In this document: piece after piece, positions 26,401 through 38,999 of the stretch
Layout of the letters: every line of letters begins with the position of its first letter
How positions within the stretch are numbered: position 1 is the first letter of the stretch
Source of the DNA: Lophium mytilinum
Taxonomy: Eukaryota
DNA length: 64,000 nucleotides
NCBI GenBank assembly: GCA_010093605.1
Contig: MU004199.1
Coordinates: forward strand, 1,054,001-1,118,000
Reading direction: 5' to 3'
The notes under the pieces: generated by a model
Told to the model about the DNA's origin: nothing
Seen by the model: the letters and a program-made list of their open reading frames with translations, nothing else
Databases searched by the model: none
Made by a program: the position numbers and the translations under genes

Positions 26401-26894
26401 CTCAGCCTACAGCTGCTAGGTTTACGGCTCCTTCATGGTCATGGCTCAACGTCGAAACTCCCGTTTTGTACCGCAACACTCTTCACCCCGAGTACAAAGA
26501 GTTGGCGTCGGTAGTGCAGATACGCGAAGTGCGCGAAGAAGTTTTATCAACAAAGGCCGAGATTCGAGGAAGGCTCACTATATCCGGACTTACCTTTCCT
26601 TACCTTCTTACTTCGGACGACTTCAGAGTGAAGATCTGGAAACAGTTCCATCGCAAGCATCTCAATTGCGGTCAGTGGTGGCTTGACGAGCCATTGGAGT
26701 TGCCGCAGAAGATCGAATGTTTGATCCTGGCGGAGGATGCGAACCTGAAGATGCTAGTTTGTCTATGTTTAATTCCGGCGCAGGAGGAAGGGGTCTTTAA
26801 GCGAATTGGCCTTTGTCACTGGGAAGGAATGCGGCACGAAGTTTATAGATTCGCTAAGATTCGACCAGAGGAGCGTCTGATCACTATTGTATGA
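23403..26894 (+). CDS. Ankyrin-repeat plus HET (heterokaryon incompatibility, PF06985-type) domain protein
   Basis: Ankyrin motifs TALHLAA, TPLMHAV and TALDVAI, and a CxxC...CxxC linker. HET motifs YVALSHQWG, RYIWLDVACIIQDS and SRGWILQE. Intron 25078-25299 joins the two ORFs in frame. Confidence 0.9.
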
Positions 26895-27468
26895 AGTATA
26901 CTGACCGACCGTAGGAGAGCGTTTGCCACTCGGATCAAAATATCAAATTCAACCTTCAACTTCCCATCATCCAGAACGTAATAATCTCCAGTGAGATAAT
27001 GCACCTTGGTAATGTGGTTCCACGTTGGCATGCACTCCTCTGCCGTTTCGATGAGCCGTAAATAGGCACCTATCAAATTCTCGACACTAGCCTTTGTGAC
27101 GCAATTTCCATGCACGTTAGCATTCTTGAGACTCCGCAACTTGCTATCCAGTCTAGGGATGGTAGTATTAGCAGAGATGTAGTTGGCACGTATCTGGGAT
27201 AGATCGTTATTTGCATGGTTGTAATAGTTGAACTCGTGTAACAGCGTTCACTCCTGACGTTAGGTGAAGCTTCGCAAGCGTAGCTTCAGAGTTCATCTAT
27301 TAGATACATAGAACTACTGGTTGATCATTACAGGTCGAATAGCGACATGGCAAATTTCATGTAGAATATCTTCTGGGAGTGTTCCAGAGAGCATGTGTAT
27401 GTAATAAAATCAAAAAGAATCCCTAAGCAGGTTCGACCCATCTTTAGAGCTCAATTCAACTAAAGTCC

Positions 27469-29544
27469 TCATGACCTAACAAATCTTAGCCGGCCCTCGC
27501 TATTCGGCTGAAACGACGCCGACAGTCCCTTCGCCAAATCCTCAAGCTTCTCCGCCGTCTCCGGGCTTGTAGTCTCTAGTTCCTCTTCCCAGCGGCCATC
27601 CAGGCCGTGTGACAGCAGGGCAATCACGGAGGTCTTCAGTAATGGCAGTTGTCTGGTCATTGCGACCGAGACGGCGAGGAGGACCGCAGTTAGCAGAGTC
27701 TCTGCAACGGGGAGGATGAGCCACTGCCATCGGACCTCGACGAAAGTAGCGTTTTTGTGTGCTGTTCCTCGAAAAGTTGTCGCGTTGGTGTTGTCGCCTG
27801 CAGGTGGAGCGTTCCTGATTTGGTTAGTCAAAGTGGCTGCGAGATTCTCGGTGAATACACTTAGATTGGTGGAGGCTAGATAGCCTCCCCAGTCCAGAGT
27901 CGAAGCATCGTATGTAGCATTGCTATACGAAGTATTGAGTGCTGAATCTGGGTACTGGAATATATCCATGTAAGCGTACTGACTGAAGCCGTAAATTTGG
28001 CCACTTGAGTTTGACTGGAACAAAAATGGCTCGCTGCCAGTATAACCTCCTCCTTTAAATGACAGCCGTTCAATGTGAGGTGCAGTTTTATTAAGGCCAC
28101 CTGGTGAACCTTCTAGATCTTGATAAGTTTGTTCGCACAAGAACCACGTTGAGTAGTACGCTTCCCCCAATGACGGATCAGGCAAAGTATCATCTATCAA
28201 TACCGAGTTGTAGGCAAGGATCACGGTTGACAATGTACCTATGACACTCGTAGTCTGATCGTTCCTCAATTCCTGAGACTGAGGTAGGAAAGAGCCCTGC
28301 CCTGCCACAGATAGGAAGTATGGTGGATTACTATATTGAGGCTCGACCAGGGTCGACGATAGGATAGAGTCCGACGGCAGGCGTCCTGGAAAATCCCAGG
28401 TGCACCGTTTCGTCGACGGGTCGTCACGCGTGGTACATTGAACTGTAGTGACGCTAGTAACGTTTCTGAAGTTGCTGCACACTCCAAGCGTCGTGAAACT
28501 TTCCCAGGAGCACACTGCAGCTGAGTCCGGGCATTTAAAACTCAGCGAAGGAACTTTTCCGGTCATGCCGCTGATGAGGGAAGCCTGTGAAGCCATTACT
28601 CCATCCACGACATTTTAGCTAACATTCGAAGAAGGCATGAGGCCAGAAGAGTTCGTACTATCTTTACCAAGACCGTTATTATTCATGAACGCATATGAGG
28701 TGTAATTATAGGCCACGCCCACCTCCACCGTGGCGTCTTTCATTAAAATGAGCTTTTGGGGAAAACTCAGAATCTGCTGTGCACTTGGTTCAATCACTAA
28801 GGCTACTATCGTAACAAGCGCAAGGAGTGAGGCTACTATGGCCTGGAAACGGACACTGCATAGCATAATAATAGACCCCCAGGGACCTCGAGTGGCATCA
28901 TCGAATAGTTGAAGGTGATTCAGTTGGCGAGTTTGATGGTCAAAATGCTGCCACTTAAGCTGAGCCAGACACGCCGTAATAGGCACCATCATTGAGGTCT
29001 TTCCAACGGTAGTGAGAATGGCAATGATGGAATTGGGTTGAATCGGTAGTTTCCAGTTTGAAAGAGGTTTGTTGTTGGCTGTGGAGAGAACGACAATAAT
29101 GAGAAGCATGCTCAGCATACTCAGTGCTATAGCTCCTACCTCCCACCACCACCACCATTTTACCACTTTGGCTCCTTTCTTGCGATACCAGCTCTTTGTA
29201 GTGTTCGCATTGGTGGAGGGAAGATCGTTGGTAGACGAGATAGATTCGATCAACGAGGTGGATTCTATCAACGAGGTGGATTCGATCAACGGCGTGTTGC
29301 GAATTTCCTCTTTTCTGGCCAAAACGTCTAGCGCCAATGCTTGAGTCGAATAGCTGTTGATAGCTGCATTTCGATGCGTTGCATTCATTCCATCTGCGCT
29401 GTGGTCTAGGGATAACACCGGTGAGATATCTTCTATTGAAGATCGGTCGTGGAATGCCCCGCCATGAAGATTATCAGATAAGTCAAGTCGTGGTAGAGGA
29501 GAAGGCTCCGTCCTAGTACTTGGAGAGGAAATACGGAGGTCCAT
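27469..29544 (-). CDS. DUF3176-like multi-pass membrane protein; in-frame TAA at 28615-28617 (possible pseudogene)
   Basis: WWWWEV, LAQLKWQHF, FDDATRGPWGS, EPSAQQIL and VEVRWQWLILP motifs. The two ORFs are in the same frame. Confidence 0.8.
29237..29292 (-). repeat. 18-bp coding minisatellite x3 (TSLIES)
   Basis: GATTC(G/T)ATCAACGAGGTG units translate to PLIESTSLIESTSLIESIS. Confidence 0.85.
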
Positions 29545-30820
29545 TTTTACGTGAAACGTTGTGAAGCATGAAATCTTAGTGCGAGCGGACCTAGTCTATA
29601 AGCAAGAGAGCAGATTCAGCCTCATCAAGGCTATGTCTGGACACTCCTGCACGGATATTCTAAAGCGGTACAGCTTGTGGCCGCATGCTGCTGCGTAACA
29701 AGGCGTTTCTAACCCTGGAAAGACTATTCCGGCCAATCAAACCGCTCTCATCAGCTTTCCAGTGACGCCCCCAATGTACATCCGGATTCACGCTTATCCG
29801 GAACAGCCACACATATTCAGCCTACCAATGATGTGTGAGTTGCGAGGTCAAGCCGCACGCTCGGGCCTCCGTCGCCAAATTCTCTCTTCTTCTTCATCTA
29901 TGTTGCAACGCTACAACACTTCCAAAGATACTATAAGCTGGTCCAAGGAGCTTGCCAGCCCTGCTATACATGATAGGCTACTTTGGTGGGTATGCTTACA
30001 TTGGTCAATTATTCCGGATGGGCGTAGATTCCGGATGTGCGTTTGGGGCTGCATATTCTATTTTACCCTTGCAGCCACCTGCACGCTAGGTAATCATAAC
30101 ATGCAGCCACAAGCTGTATTCTAATGTATTGGCTGTCGCAAAAGCAAATTTAGAACAAGCGGAATCTGGGGCTGTGCCCGCGCCCTCGCTCTAGTCAGCT
30201 CGCTCTACGTTGGAATAGCAGTGAGGGGCTGAGGACAAACGATATTGGAAGCTCTTTGTTGCACATACTTTTGTGGCTGCATCATAGTAGGCGAGGGGAG
30301 TGATGTCGGTAAAGGCATTGAGGTAGGAAACCTCCCTATCAACCACAAACCATTGAAGTTCAGTGTTACCACTTTTGGGGTTGTTATGAGAGCAATCACT
30401 GGCTGCAGGAACACGCCAGAAGAGGAGCTCCGGCTGGTGTCACACATAATGGCGAACTTTGCGACGCTTAGCGGTACTAGTAAGTTAAGCTTATTTGCAA
30501 AGGAGACTCTAAGAACTTTATATCTAGAGATGACCTAGGACTTCGGGATTTCAGCGTAGAACGATACCTAGGTATTTCGTATGTGCAGCCATGTACAAAG
30601 CCTGGTATAAGCTATTGGCCTGTTTGAACCTCTCTCGTGCAGCCACGACACCTCCCCAAACATCCACCACCACTCCGCGGATTCCCTGGGCCCGCACCTT
30701 TGAACCGTCGCCACGAGGCATCGTACATGCAGGAAGCCGGAAAAGGGTCCGCCGCCAGCCCATCTTTCCAGGTGGGCCTCAGCAAATAGCACGACTTCGC
30801 TAGTTATATATGCCTTTTCA

Positions 30821-32675
30821 TCATGAAACATTCCATCTGCCAAGACTAAGAGCCGCATCCATCGCAGCTCGTCTCCGGCGTCTATTTTGCGACTCAGCTA
30901 TCGTAGGACGGGTAATCGGCTCGCCTTTAGTGTTTTCCTGGGACGACAAGGACGTTATCGAGATCGTCGGAGAGACTGGGGAGGGGTACGACGATATGCT
31001 GCTTGCTCTAAGTTTTGACGGTGGCCGTGAGCTCGTCGGCTTTATTGGGTAAGAAGGTTGAATCTGATCGCTAAAGTATTGACTCGGTTTTGGAGGTATT
31101 GATGGGTAGTAAGGGGGGGTAACCTCGAGCCCGGCCTCCATGGATAGCGATGGTTTTCGTCTATCGGAGTACAGATTTGATACCGGGGGTATATTTGGAG
31201 TCATCGATGTACTATCTTGAGTTCGGATCGTCGGAGACGACGACTGAGGACTTGTAATATCCCTCCTCTCTTGTAGATACCTGAGATATGGATCCAGCCC
31301 ACGCTCGACATCTGGGCCTTTGACAGGGGGAGAGCTATCAGTGGGCAGTTCGACATACCCGATGCGGTACGGATTCTGGTATGGGGTTATGGCCGCTTGG
31401 TGGGCGGCCAACTCCACTGGCACCGGCCCTTGGACGACCACGACTTCCTTCGCTGGCAAAACCGCTTGCCTGGTTGATGTGCTTCCAGTTTCTACCGACA
31501 CGGAGCTCATCATCTGGAGCAGACTTGGCCTGGTACCCAAAGAAATTTGAGTTGCGGAGGCAGGAAGTGGTCTTCGGTTGACTGAGTATCTTCTCGTATC
31601 CCACCCGGCTACTGCTGCTTGTTGGTGTGTGTCTGTGGGCGGGTTGTAACTCGAAGTTGAACCCGCTGATTGGGATATCGTGCTATCTGAAGGGGCTGGT
31701 GGATACTGTGCAGGTCGTTGATTTATGTTCAAGTCCCCAGGTTTACTAGCAAGCTCCCAGGGGTCTACAGGTCCAAGCCGATTGGGAGAATTAACAGAGT
31801 CCAGCTCCGCAATATAGTCGTTCGAAGGGTAGTTTGGATTTGGCGAAGCTTTGTAAGCCCTCACGTCCCATCCTGGAAAGAAGGCCTCAGAATGTTGCGT
31901 CTTATCTGACTGATTCGAACTTCGTACGGGCGGCGGTGTTCCCGGTTCCCACCGTGGAGGACATGCCGCTGTGGATTGGATATTGGGCTGCGGTACATTC
32001 TCTATCTCTAAACCGGCATCAGTACTTGTCATGGGGTAAATAAACACAGGAACAATGCGTACGTGTTGCCTCAATCTTCCTCTCAATCGCTGTCTCCTCC
32101 GCGATAGTCTCTTCTTTCCTCCTAGCCTTCTTCCTTCTGCTATACGGACTCTTGAAATCTAGATCGTCAATCACAGCATCATACATCGGCGGCGGCCCTA
32201 GTCCCTCCTTATCTTGATTGATACCTCCATTGCCTCCGCCATCAGCTTTCGTCTCAAGCTGATGCAGTTGCCCCAAAACCAGCGTCAGGCTCTGATGACA
32301 AGCACTCATTTCCATCCGCCGATTATCCAGGTTCTCGCGATCATTCATGAGCCAACGTACTCGATGCCCAAAGCTAATCGTTCCGTCCCTTTCCTTGTCG
32401 CTTCGCGCTCTCTCCACATACAACCCGATCTCATTCAGCGCGCATTTCGTGCCATAAACTTTACTCTCTATCCAGCGTTTCTTATCCGGGTTTTGGTCAA
32501 GCGAGGCCCGAATAGACGGCTGGTGCAGCAGTCGCTCGCATTCAGAAAGGTCGGATCGCACGTTCTGAATCATTCGTACGAAGACGTTGTTTTCGTCGTC
32601 CACGTCATTCAGCCGGATCACGAACTCGGAGAAGTTCCAGAGCGTGTTGATACCGCTGAAGATGCCGCCGTCCAT
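30821..32675 (-). CDS. Protein with a HeLo-like / fungal STAND N-terminal-like helical domain and a long disordered tail
   Basis: The ~140-aa amphipathic helical N-terminus ends HRVRWLMND...HQSLTLVL, a pattern shared with the NLR N-terminus at 48066-48509. Intron 32008-32062 fuses the two ORFs in frame. Confidence 0.7.
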
Positions 32676-33123
32676 TCTGGATGTGGGGATCCGTGGCTAT
32701 AGATCATTCAGCCTCCTACGGAGGGTACCATAACTAATTTCAAGTGAAGAGACGCCACGAGTCTGGAGTTGGAGGTTTATCAGTGGAATTCTGCGGGTGT
32801 CGACGTGCTATCGACAAGGCTGAGACACAACCCCTCCTTCCCGCCGTGCCGTGGCGTTTACGGGCTTAAACCATGCCCGACACGAAAATAGCAATTACTA
32901 CATGAAGCATGTCTTAGCTACACAAGCCCATGGCTCTAGACTATTTGAAGGAGTCCGCTTCCCCGAAGCCGAATGGGACGGGCTTCCTTAATCTAGACAT
33001 CACGTTCACAGGCCAGGAGGTCTCAGCAAGAACAAAGGTTGTCCAAACTCGATTCAGACATGTCTTCTGCTACATAGCCAATCACGCATTACTACTCATT
33101 ATGCCAGATCAAAAACATATCCA

Positions 33124-34625
33124 TCAAGCCGTCTCCATATTCGCAAATACACGCGGCGGATTTAGCAACCGTGCGTTCTCATCGCTCGTCTGGAGCAAGG
33201 CTGGGAAGACCACGAGCTTGCCTTGCGCAGACCACTGGAACACAAATGTGCTGGGCTGCGAGAAGAGCAAGAACGCAAAGGATGCTGCTCGCTGTATAAC
33301 GCTTTGAAGATTGCGAAGGCGCGGGGCGTCATCCTGCGGCGAGATCACGAAAGGGCGAAGAACACCATCTACGGCTGTAAGGGTGGCCGCAATGCTGTGG
33401 CTGCGCGGGTCTGAGTCGCTGATCGTCTTGCTGCTGTAGCGGGAGGAAAGGAGGGTAGCCGAGATAGAGTGCCATTTGCTCTTGAGGGCGAGTTGTCCTG
33501 AGATTCATCAGTGACTGTATTATTCAATGGTCAAGAATAGCACTTACCAGCATTCGATCCGTCAATTCCAGCCAGTGTGTCGGCGAAAAGTCCGACTTCA
33601 GGCGGCAACAGCGAGGCTCCTGCTCCGCCTTGTCCTCCGCATCGAGAGAGAATTGCATAGCTCAAGAACAACCGGATTGTTGCAATGCGAGTCCGTGGGT
33701 TCAGTAGCATGTCGCAGAGTGCCATACTCCGGATCCCAGTGGCTCTCGCTACGTCCTGGAACTCAGACTCATCCACCATTACTGGATCAACCGCCGCTGT
33801 GTGGTAGTATGTCTGCGCATGGTCCTTAATCTTGGTTCGTATGATGGACAGCTCGCCAATGATGGCGTTGTCTTCAGCGGGCTGCGGGAGTAGGGCATCG
33901 ACTGGCGAGATGGCGGTCGCAGTGGCGATCGGAACAGACTTCTCGGCAGGTGTGGCAGCTACCGTACCATTGTAGGGCCCGAGTTGGTGGTTGTAGGCGG
34001 CGGACTGTGCCTGCTGACGCTTCTTGTAGCGCTTGAAGAGGAAGAAGAATACCAAGGCCGCGATTGCGGCGCCAGCAATGAGGCAACCGATGGCTATGCC
34101 GGCTGCTGCACCGCTTGTTACGCCATTAGATTTTACAGCATGCGTCTTTGCGGGTTTGGGTGTGTTGGTTGGGGAGGTCACATTGCCATTGGTAAACGTC
34201 GTCGAAGAAGAGGTGGAGCTGGACGAGGTTTCGGTAGTGCCAGACGTTAGAGTCGAGGCGACTATTGCTGGGGGTGATGTGGAAAAGGCAGGGGAGCTAG
34301 TGGGAGTCGAAGTTGGAGTAGTCGTCGTCGTCTCAACTACAGTAGCTGGCGGACCGGCAGAAGCCGATGTCGAGAACCCGCATACGAAGGTCGCCCGGTC
34401 TTTCTCGCAGAATGGCGTTGGTAAAGATACACAGGGAATTCCCGCCGTTTGGGTAGTGCCACACAGAGTAGAATTCACGTTCGTTTCGGGCCAAAAAACA
34501 GCAGTTACCAACCCAACCGAAGGTGCGCAGTTCGCTGAGCAAAGCGTAGACAGCGTCGTCGATGCGGCTTGAATCCCCACCTGTGAGACCACATCAAGTG
34601 AAGTTGTTGCGCGAAGTCGGAGCAT
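33124..34625 (-). CDS. Single-pass membrane protein: Cys-containing N-terminus, Ser/Thr stalk, TM helix, globular cytoplasmic domain
   Basis: TM segment GAAAGIAIGCLIAGAAIAALVFFFLFKRYKK. Intron ~33499-33548. C-terminal LFSQPS...LVVFPAL. Start codon uncertain. Confidence 0.8.
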
Positions 34626-35789
34626 GGCTATGGACAAGTGAGTTTGGAGAAAAGACAGTGTTTGAACCGCGGACGAGATCAAACGCAGGCTGAAAGAAGA
34701 GAGGGCAAGGCAGTGCCTGGGAAAATGGGACAAGACTTTAATGGCTTACGACTTGTGCAGCAAATGGATAAATAGAAGGCCGAGATGCTCTTCACTCAGC
34801 CGCCCGCAGCCTGGTGGACCCTAAGGCGCCTCTATCAGACTATCACGACGCCCACGCCATGGACCCCGTGTTTGGGCTCCAATGGTGCCTCCTCGCATAC
34901 CTGCATTATCTCCACAGCGCCAGCTCGGCCGGGCAAGATCAGCGCGAAACTAGAGTAAGCTTTGAGAAGGCTGAGAGACCAGAACATGCAGCCCATGCGG
35001 AAGACTGTTGACGATAGGGGCCAGGCAACCATAACGGGAGCATCGCCGACTCTTTTGATCCAGCCAGCTTCTTCGCCGGCACCTAGACCGGAGCCCAGGC
35101 GGAAATTGTGCCTTGAACCATGCTGTGCGGCGAGGCTGAGGATTGAGGTGCAGCGAGGCTGTGGAACAAGGTGCGTTGAGGTTGAGCACAGTCGTGAAAA
35201 GGTCTTGGCTAGACGGGATGCGGGGCGTACCGGGATTGGGATTGGACGCCAAACGGCCCCCAATCTGTGCCTCAAAAGCCCATGTCTATTCTCATTCAGT
35301 AATTCGGTAAGCTCTACCCTCCATTGGCAATATGTTAAGTACCCCACTTCCTCGCATAAGGTGGTAATTTCAACCAGGCTCCTAATCCCTCTTATTCTGA
35401 TTCTCGCTCTCAAGATGTACTTCGTAGAGACAGAGCCACAGAGCCTGTATGATAAGGAACGGCCACTGACCTGGCTTGGAAGATATGTAGGGCGACACGG
35501 CAATGGTATTGGAGGACAGCCCCTAATCTACTATACCGAAGCCTTCGTCCATTTTCATATCTCGATGCATGGACCTTGACTAGTGGGATGCAAGCCCTCA
35601 CGGCGAGAACGTGACCACGGATCAACTAGAGATGCTTGGGATGCGGCTCTATTCGAGCTCGGACCGGAAGCCCCGCTGGCAGCTCCGTGAGAGAGTCGCG
35701 AAAGCTTCAGACATTCAGCCTTGGGGAATTTTGAGTCTTGCGATACAGCTCATGTCATTCCACTGTCCAACATACGAGTCGACGACATT

Positions 35790-38436
35790 ATGGAGGAGAC
35801 ACGGCCTGATCTCATAATTGCTATTGACTTTGGAATGACATGTATGTCTAGAAGCCTAGAATGTCTTTGGTACGCCTGATAAGATGATGCTGACCTCAAG
35901 GAAAAGGTACCGGTGTCGCGTACGCAAATCCTTCGATCGGCGCTGATACTATTCGGTGGATCCAGCGGTGGCCGGGCCGTATGCAAGCAAATGAAAATAA
36001 GGTCCGCTTCCATACATTGCAGAGACATGCTTTGTAGAGCTCTAGCTGACAACGTACATCAAGGTCCCAACAATACTAGTCTACCCCAATGACCAGCCCA
36101 ATCCTTCGTCATGGGGCTTCCTATCCGAAACGATGACCGAGGTGACGGCGGTTGACAAAGAGTTTCGTGAATGGTTCAAGACTTTTCTCGACGAGGGTAG
36201 ACTGAGTCAAGCTCAAAGAGACGCCAAAGATCCAGCCGATGTCCCCAAATCCATAGAAGAAGTGGAGAAATTGTTCTGCGACTACTTCAAGTTCCTCTAC
36301 CAACATATCCGATCGAAACTCCAAAATGAGATTGCTGCTCGCTGGGAAGATGCTAGGATTGATTTCATATTCAGTGTTCCAACAACATGGGCGCCAAACC
36401 CTACAGTCGAACGCTTCCGAAAGATCATAGAGCGCGCAGGATTCGGACAATACCCAAGCCACATCGCATCAATCGGGTTGACGGAAGCGGAGGCAGCCGC
36501 CGTTCACATGTCGCGTGAATCCCCTGCAATATTCCTCGAAAGAGATATACTGGTAGTTTGCGACGTTGGTGGAGGAACGACTGATCTATCAGCGCTCCGA
36601 GTCACTGACACGGGTAGCGGATCGTTGAGCCTGGAGCAACTAGACGTCGTCTTTGGTGCTAACCTTGGTTCTGCTCAAATTGATCGTGGCTTCGAGAATG
36701 CTGCTCTTCAACGACTGGAGTTTGCGAATCGAAGCCTCCCAATGGGCATCGAAGTCGAAGACGCAGCTTGGGAGATGATGAAGAGCAAAGAATATCAGAA
36801 TGCGAAATGCGATTATGGCGCTGAAGATGATACCCCCATGTTCTCCGTTGCGGTGCCTAAGCTGAGTAGAACGTACACGAATGAGTCTGCGGGGATCATC
36901 AATGGTGAATTAAGGTTTCAAAGGTACGGCCGAATAGAGATTTGAAAGATGCATGGTCTAATCGGAACGCAGGGATGATTTGAAGATACTCTTTGATGCC
37001 CAAGTGAGTATTGATGAGCTTCGGAAATTCGGGATAGATCAGTTTCTGACGAAAGCAGATCGACAGACTTTTCGGTCTGATAGACAAGCAACTTACACGG
37101 ATAAACCAAAAGTTTCCGCAGGAGCAAGTGGTGGGCCAAGCCGTACCTCTCGTTTTCGACCTTTACTTATGCATACAGGCTCATCTTGTCCTTTCCGGAG
37201 GTCTGGGTAACTCCGCATACCTTCAGCAACGATTACGAGAAAGATATGCTTTCGGTCGCGCACCCTTCCCAAATGCCTTGCGCTTGCAAGTTGGAGTAGC
37301 TCCGGATCCACAACTAGTTGTGTGCAAAGGAATTGTCGCCGATCGTATACAAAAGATGAAGAGTGGGAAATCGGTGCTGGGTTGGCGATGCTGTCGGTCC
37401 TCCTACGGAACAATATGCAAAGTCCTTTATAATCCTCAAAATCCGATGCATCACAACAAAGCAACGGAAAGAGATCCAATGGATGGACAGCTGTACATTG
37501 CGAACGTCATTGACTGGTAAGTTCACTGCCCATCAATTCTTGGATACGCTGACAACCGTTTGATAGGTTCATAAAGCAAGTCAGTTACCTCCGACGAGCT
37601 CAACTCATCGCGATACTGATGGCAGATAGGGCGACCCAGTATCGATTGACTACCCAATCGTTCGATCATTCAGACAAAAGGTCACGCCAGGCAACCCAAA
37701 AAGAGTCTTTCCCACCGCCGTTATTGAATCTCACCTTGATAAAACCCTTCTGCCTTTCGTCATGGACCATAGTATGCAATTCCTCTCAAGTCGATTCCAC
37801 TTGGCATAAACTGACTCGGAGAGCAGATTGTAGGACTTTATGTAGTGTACAGTCCGACTTTTCGACCGTCGAACTTGCCAAGTTTAAGCTTAAGAACAGG
37901 CACTTTTGGAACCGTGGGCAGAAGTACCACCGTGTGGACTACGTTGTAAAAGTTGTCTTAGGTCCCGCAGACATTCGCTTTGAACTCTGTAAGCCCCTCA
38001 TTTGATCGTCCTGTCTCGCCAATCAATTTAGCCCCCGCCTCGGCATCACACTCAATCTCCTAACATACAGTCAGGGTGGAACGGCCAAAAGCTCAGCCGC
38101 GATGCTCCCATCAAAGTCGAATGGCACGCAGCGCCCGCTCCCGACCCTTCCACGCTCCCTCCAGCTCCAGATATCAATCCTATGGCGCAACCGCACTTCG
38201 GCCTCCCCACTGCTCAGTCATGGGGTGGCGTGCCATCACAAAACGGATACGTGCCTGCATCACCACCGATGGCCATGTCGCCGGCGCCCCACATGTCGAC
38301 TGGATACCTACCAGCAAGTGTGAATAGCGGCTATGCAAATGGATATGCGAGTCCAAATCCGGGATACGCGTCCCCCGGTGCGAATTATGTCCAACCTGGA
38401 GGGAATTACCAAAGATACTCCAATGGGGCTTACTGA
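35790..38436 (+). CDS. Atypical Hsp70 (HSPA12-like, actin-like ATPase fold), many introns, low-complexity C-terminal tail
   Basis: IAIDFGMT phosphate-1, KVPT, FSVPTTW, LTEAEAAA, VCDVGGGTTD phosphate-2 and LSGGLGNS adenosine motif. Confidence 0.92.
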
Positions 38437-38999
38437 GGACGGAAGTCGCGACTGGCGTACAAGCTTACGACGATACCGAGTATGTCAAAATCAATACCTT
38501 GAAATCTGGACTGCCTTTGCCTGACGGACTGCGTAGCAAGCAGGCCACCCCACACGGCGGTGGTGAGCGGTCAAAACGAAGCCTAAGTAGGGGTAAATTG
38601 CGGCATCCAGCCTTTCGAACCTGATATGCGAGTGAAACAGTACATAGTTTAATGGAGATCCACATTGTCGAAAGCCGCTCGCCACTAGATCAATCTGTTT
38701 ATAATATACTTGATATCCTAACCTATTTAGAGATAGCACGAATCCCCACTCTTTATAATTTATTAGATGCGAAATAGTATAGAATCCTTAGTATATTTTT
38801 CTTAGCGTTCCTTACTAAACTTTATATAAGAATTATAGGGAGCACTACCTAATTAAATATTAGCCTTTTAATATCCCCCTAATAATAATAAGTAAGGTTT
38901 CTCTTCTATACTATATAGTTACTTACTAATATTTTCTTAGTATTTTAGTAAGCCTACTAACTACCTATAGTAATAGAAGATATATTTTCTTTATACCTA

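Noticed and set aside
26843..27240. Open minus-strand frame between the HET and DUF3176-like genes
   Set aside because: No clear start or motif, and it overlaps the HET gene end; at most a gene fragment.
17323..29544. Alternative genetic code (TAA/TAG read as Gln) to explain the internal stops
   Set aside because: Conserved genes in the window end properly at TAG or TAA (AAT2, AFG1, HRQ1).
34835..35579. Two overlapping ~200-aa ORFs between the membrane protein and the Hsp70
   Set aside because: No recognisable motifs and an Arg/Cys-rich random-like composition; more likely the shared promoter and UTRs.
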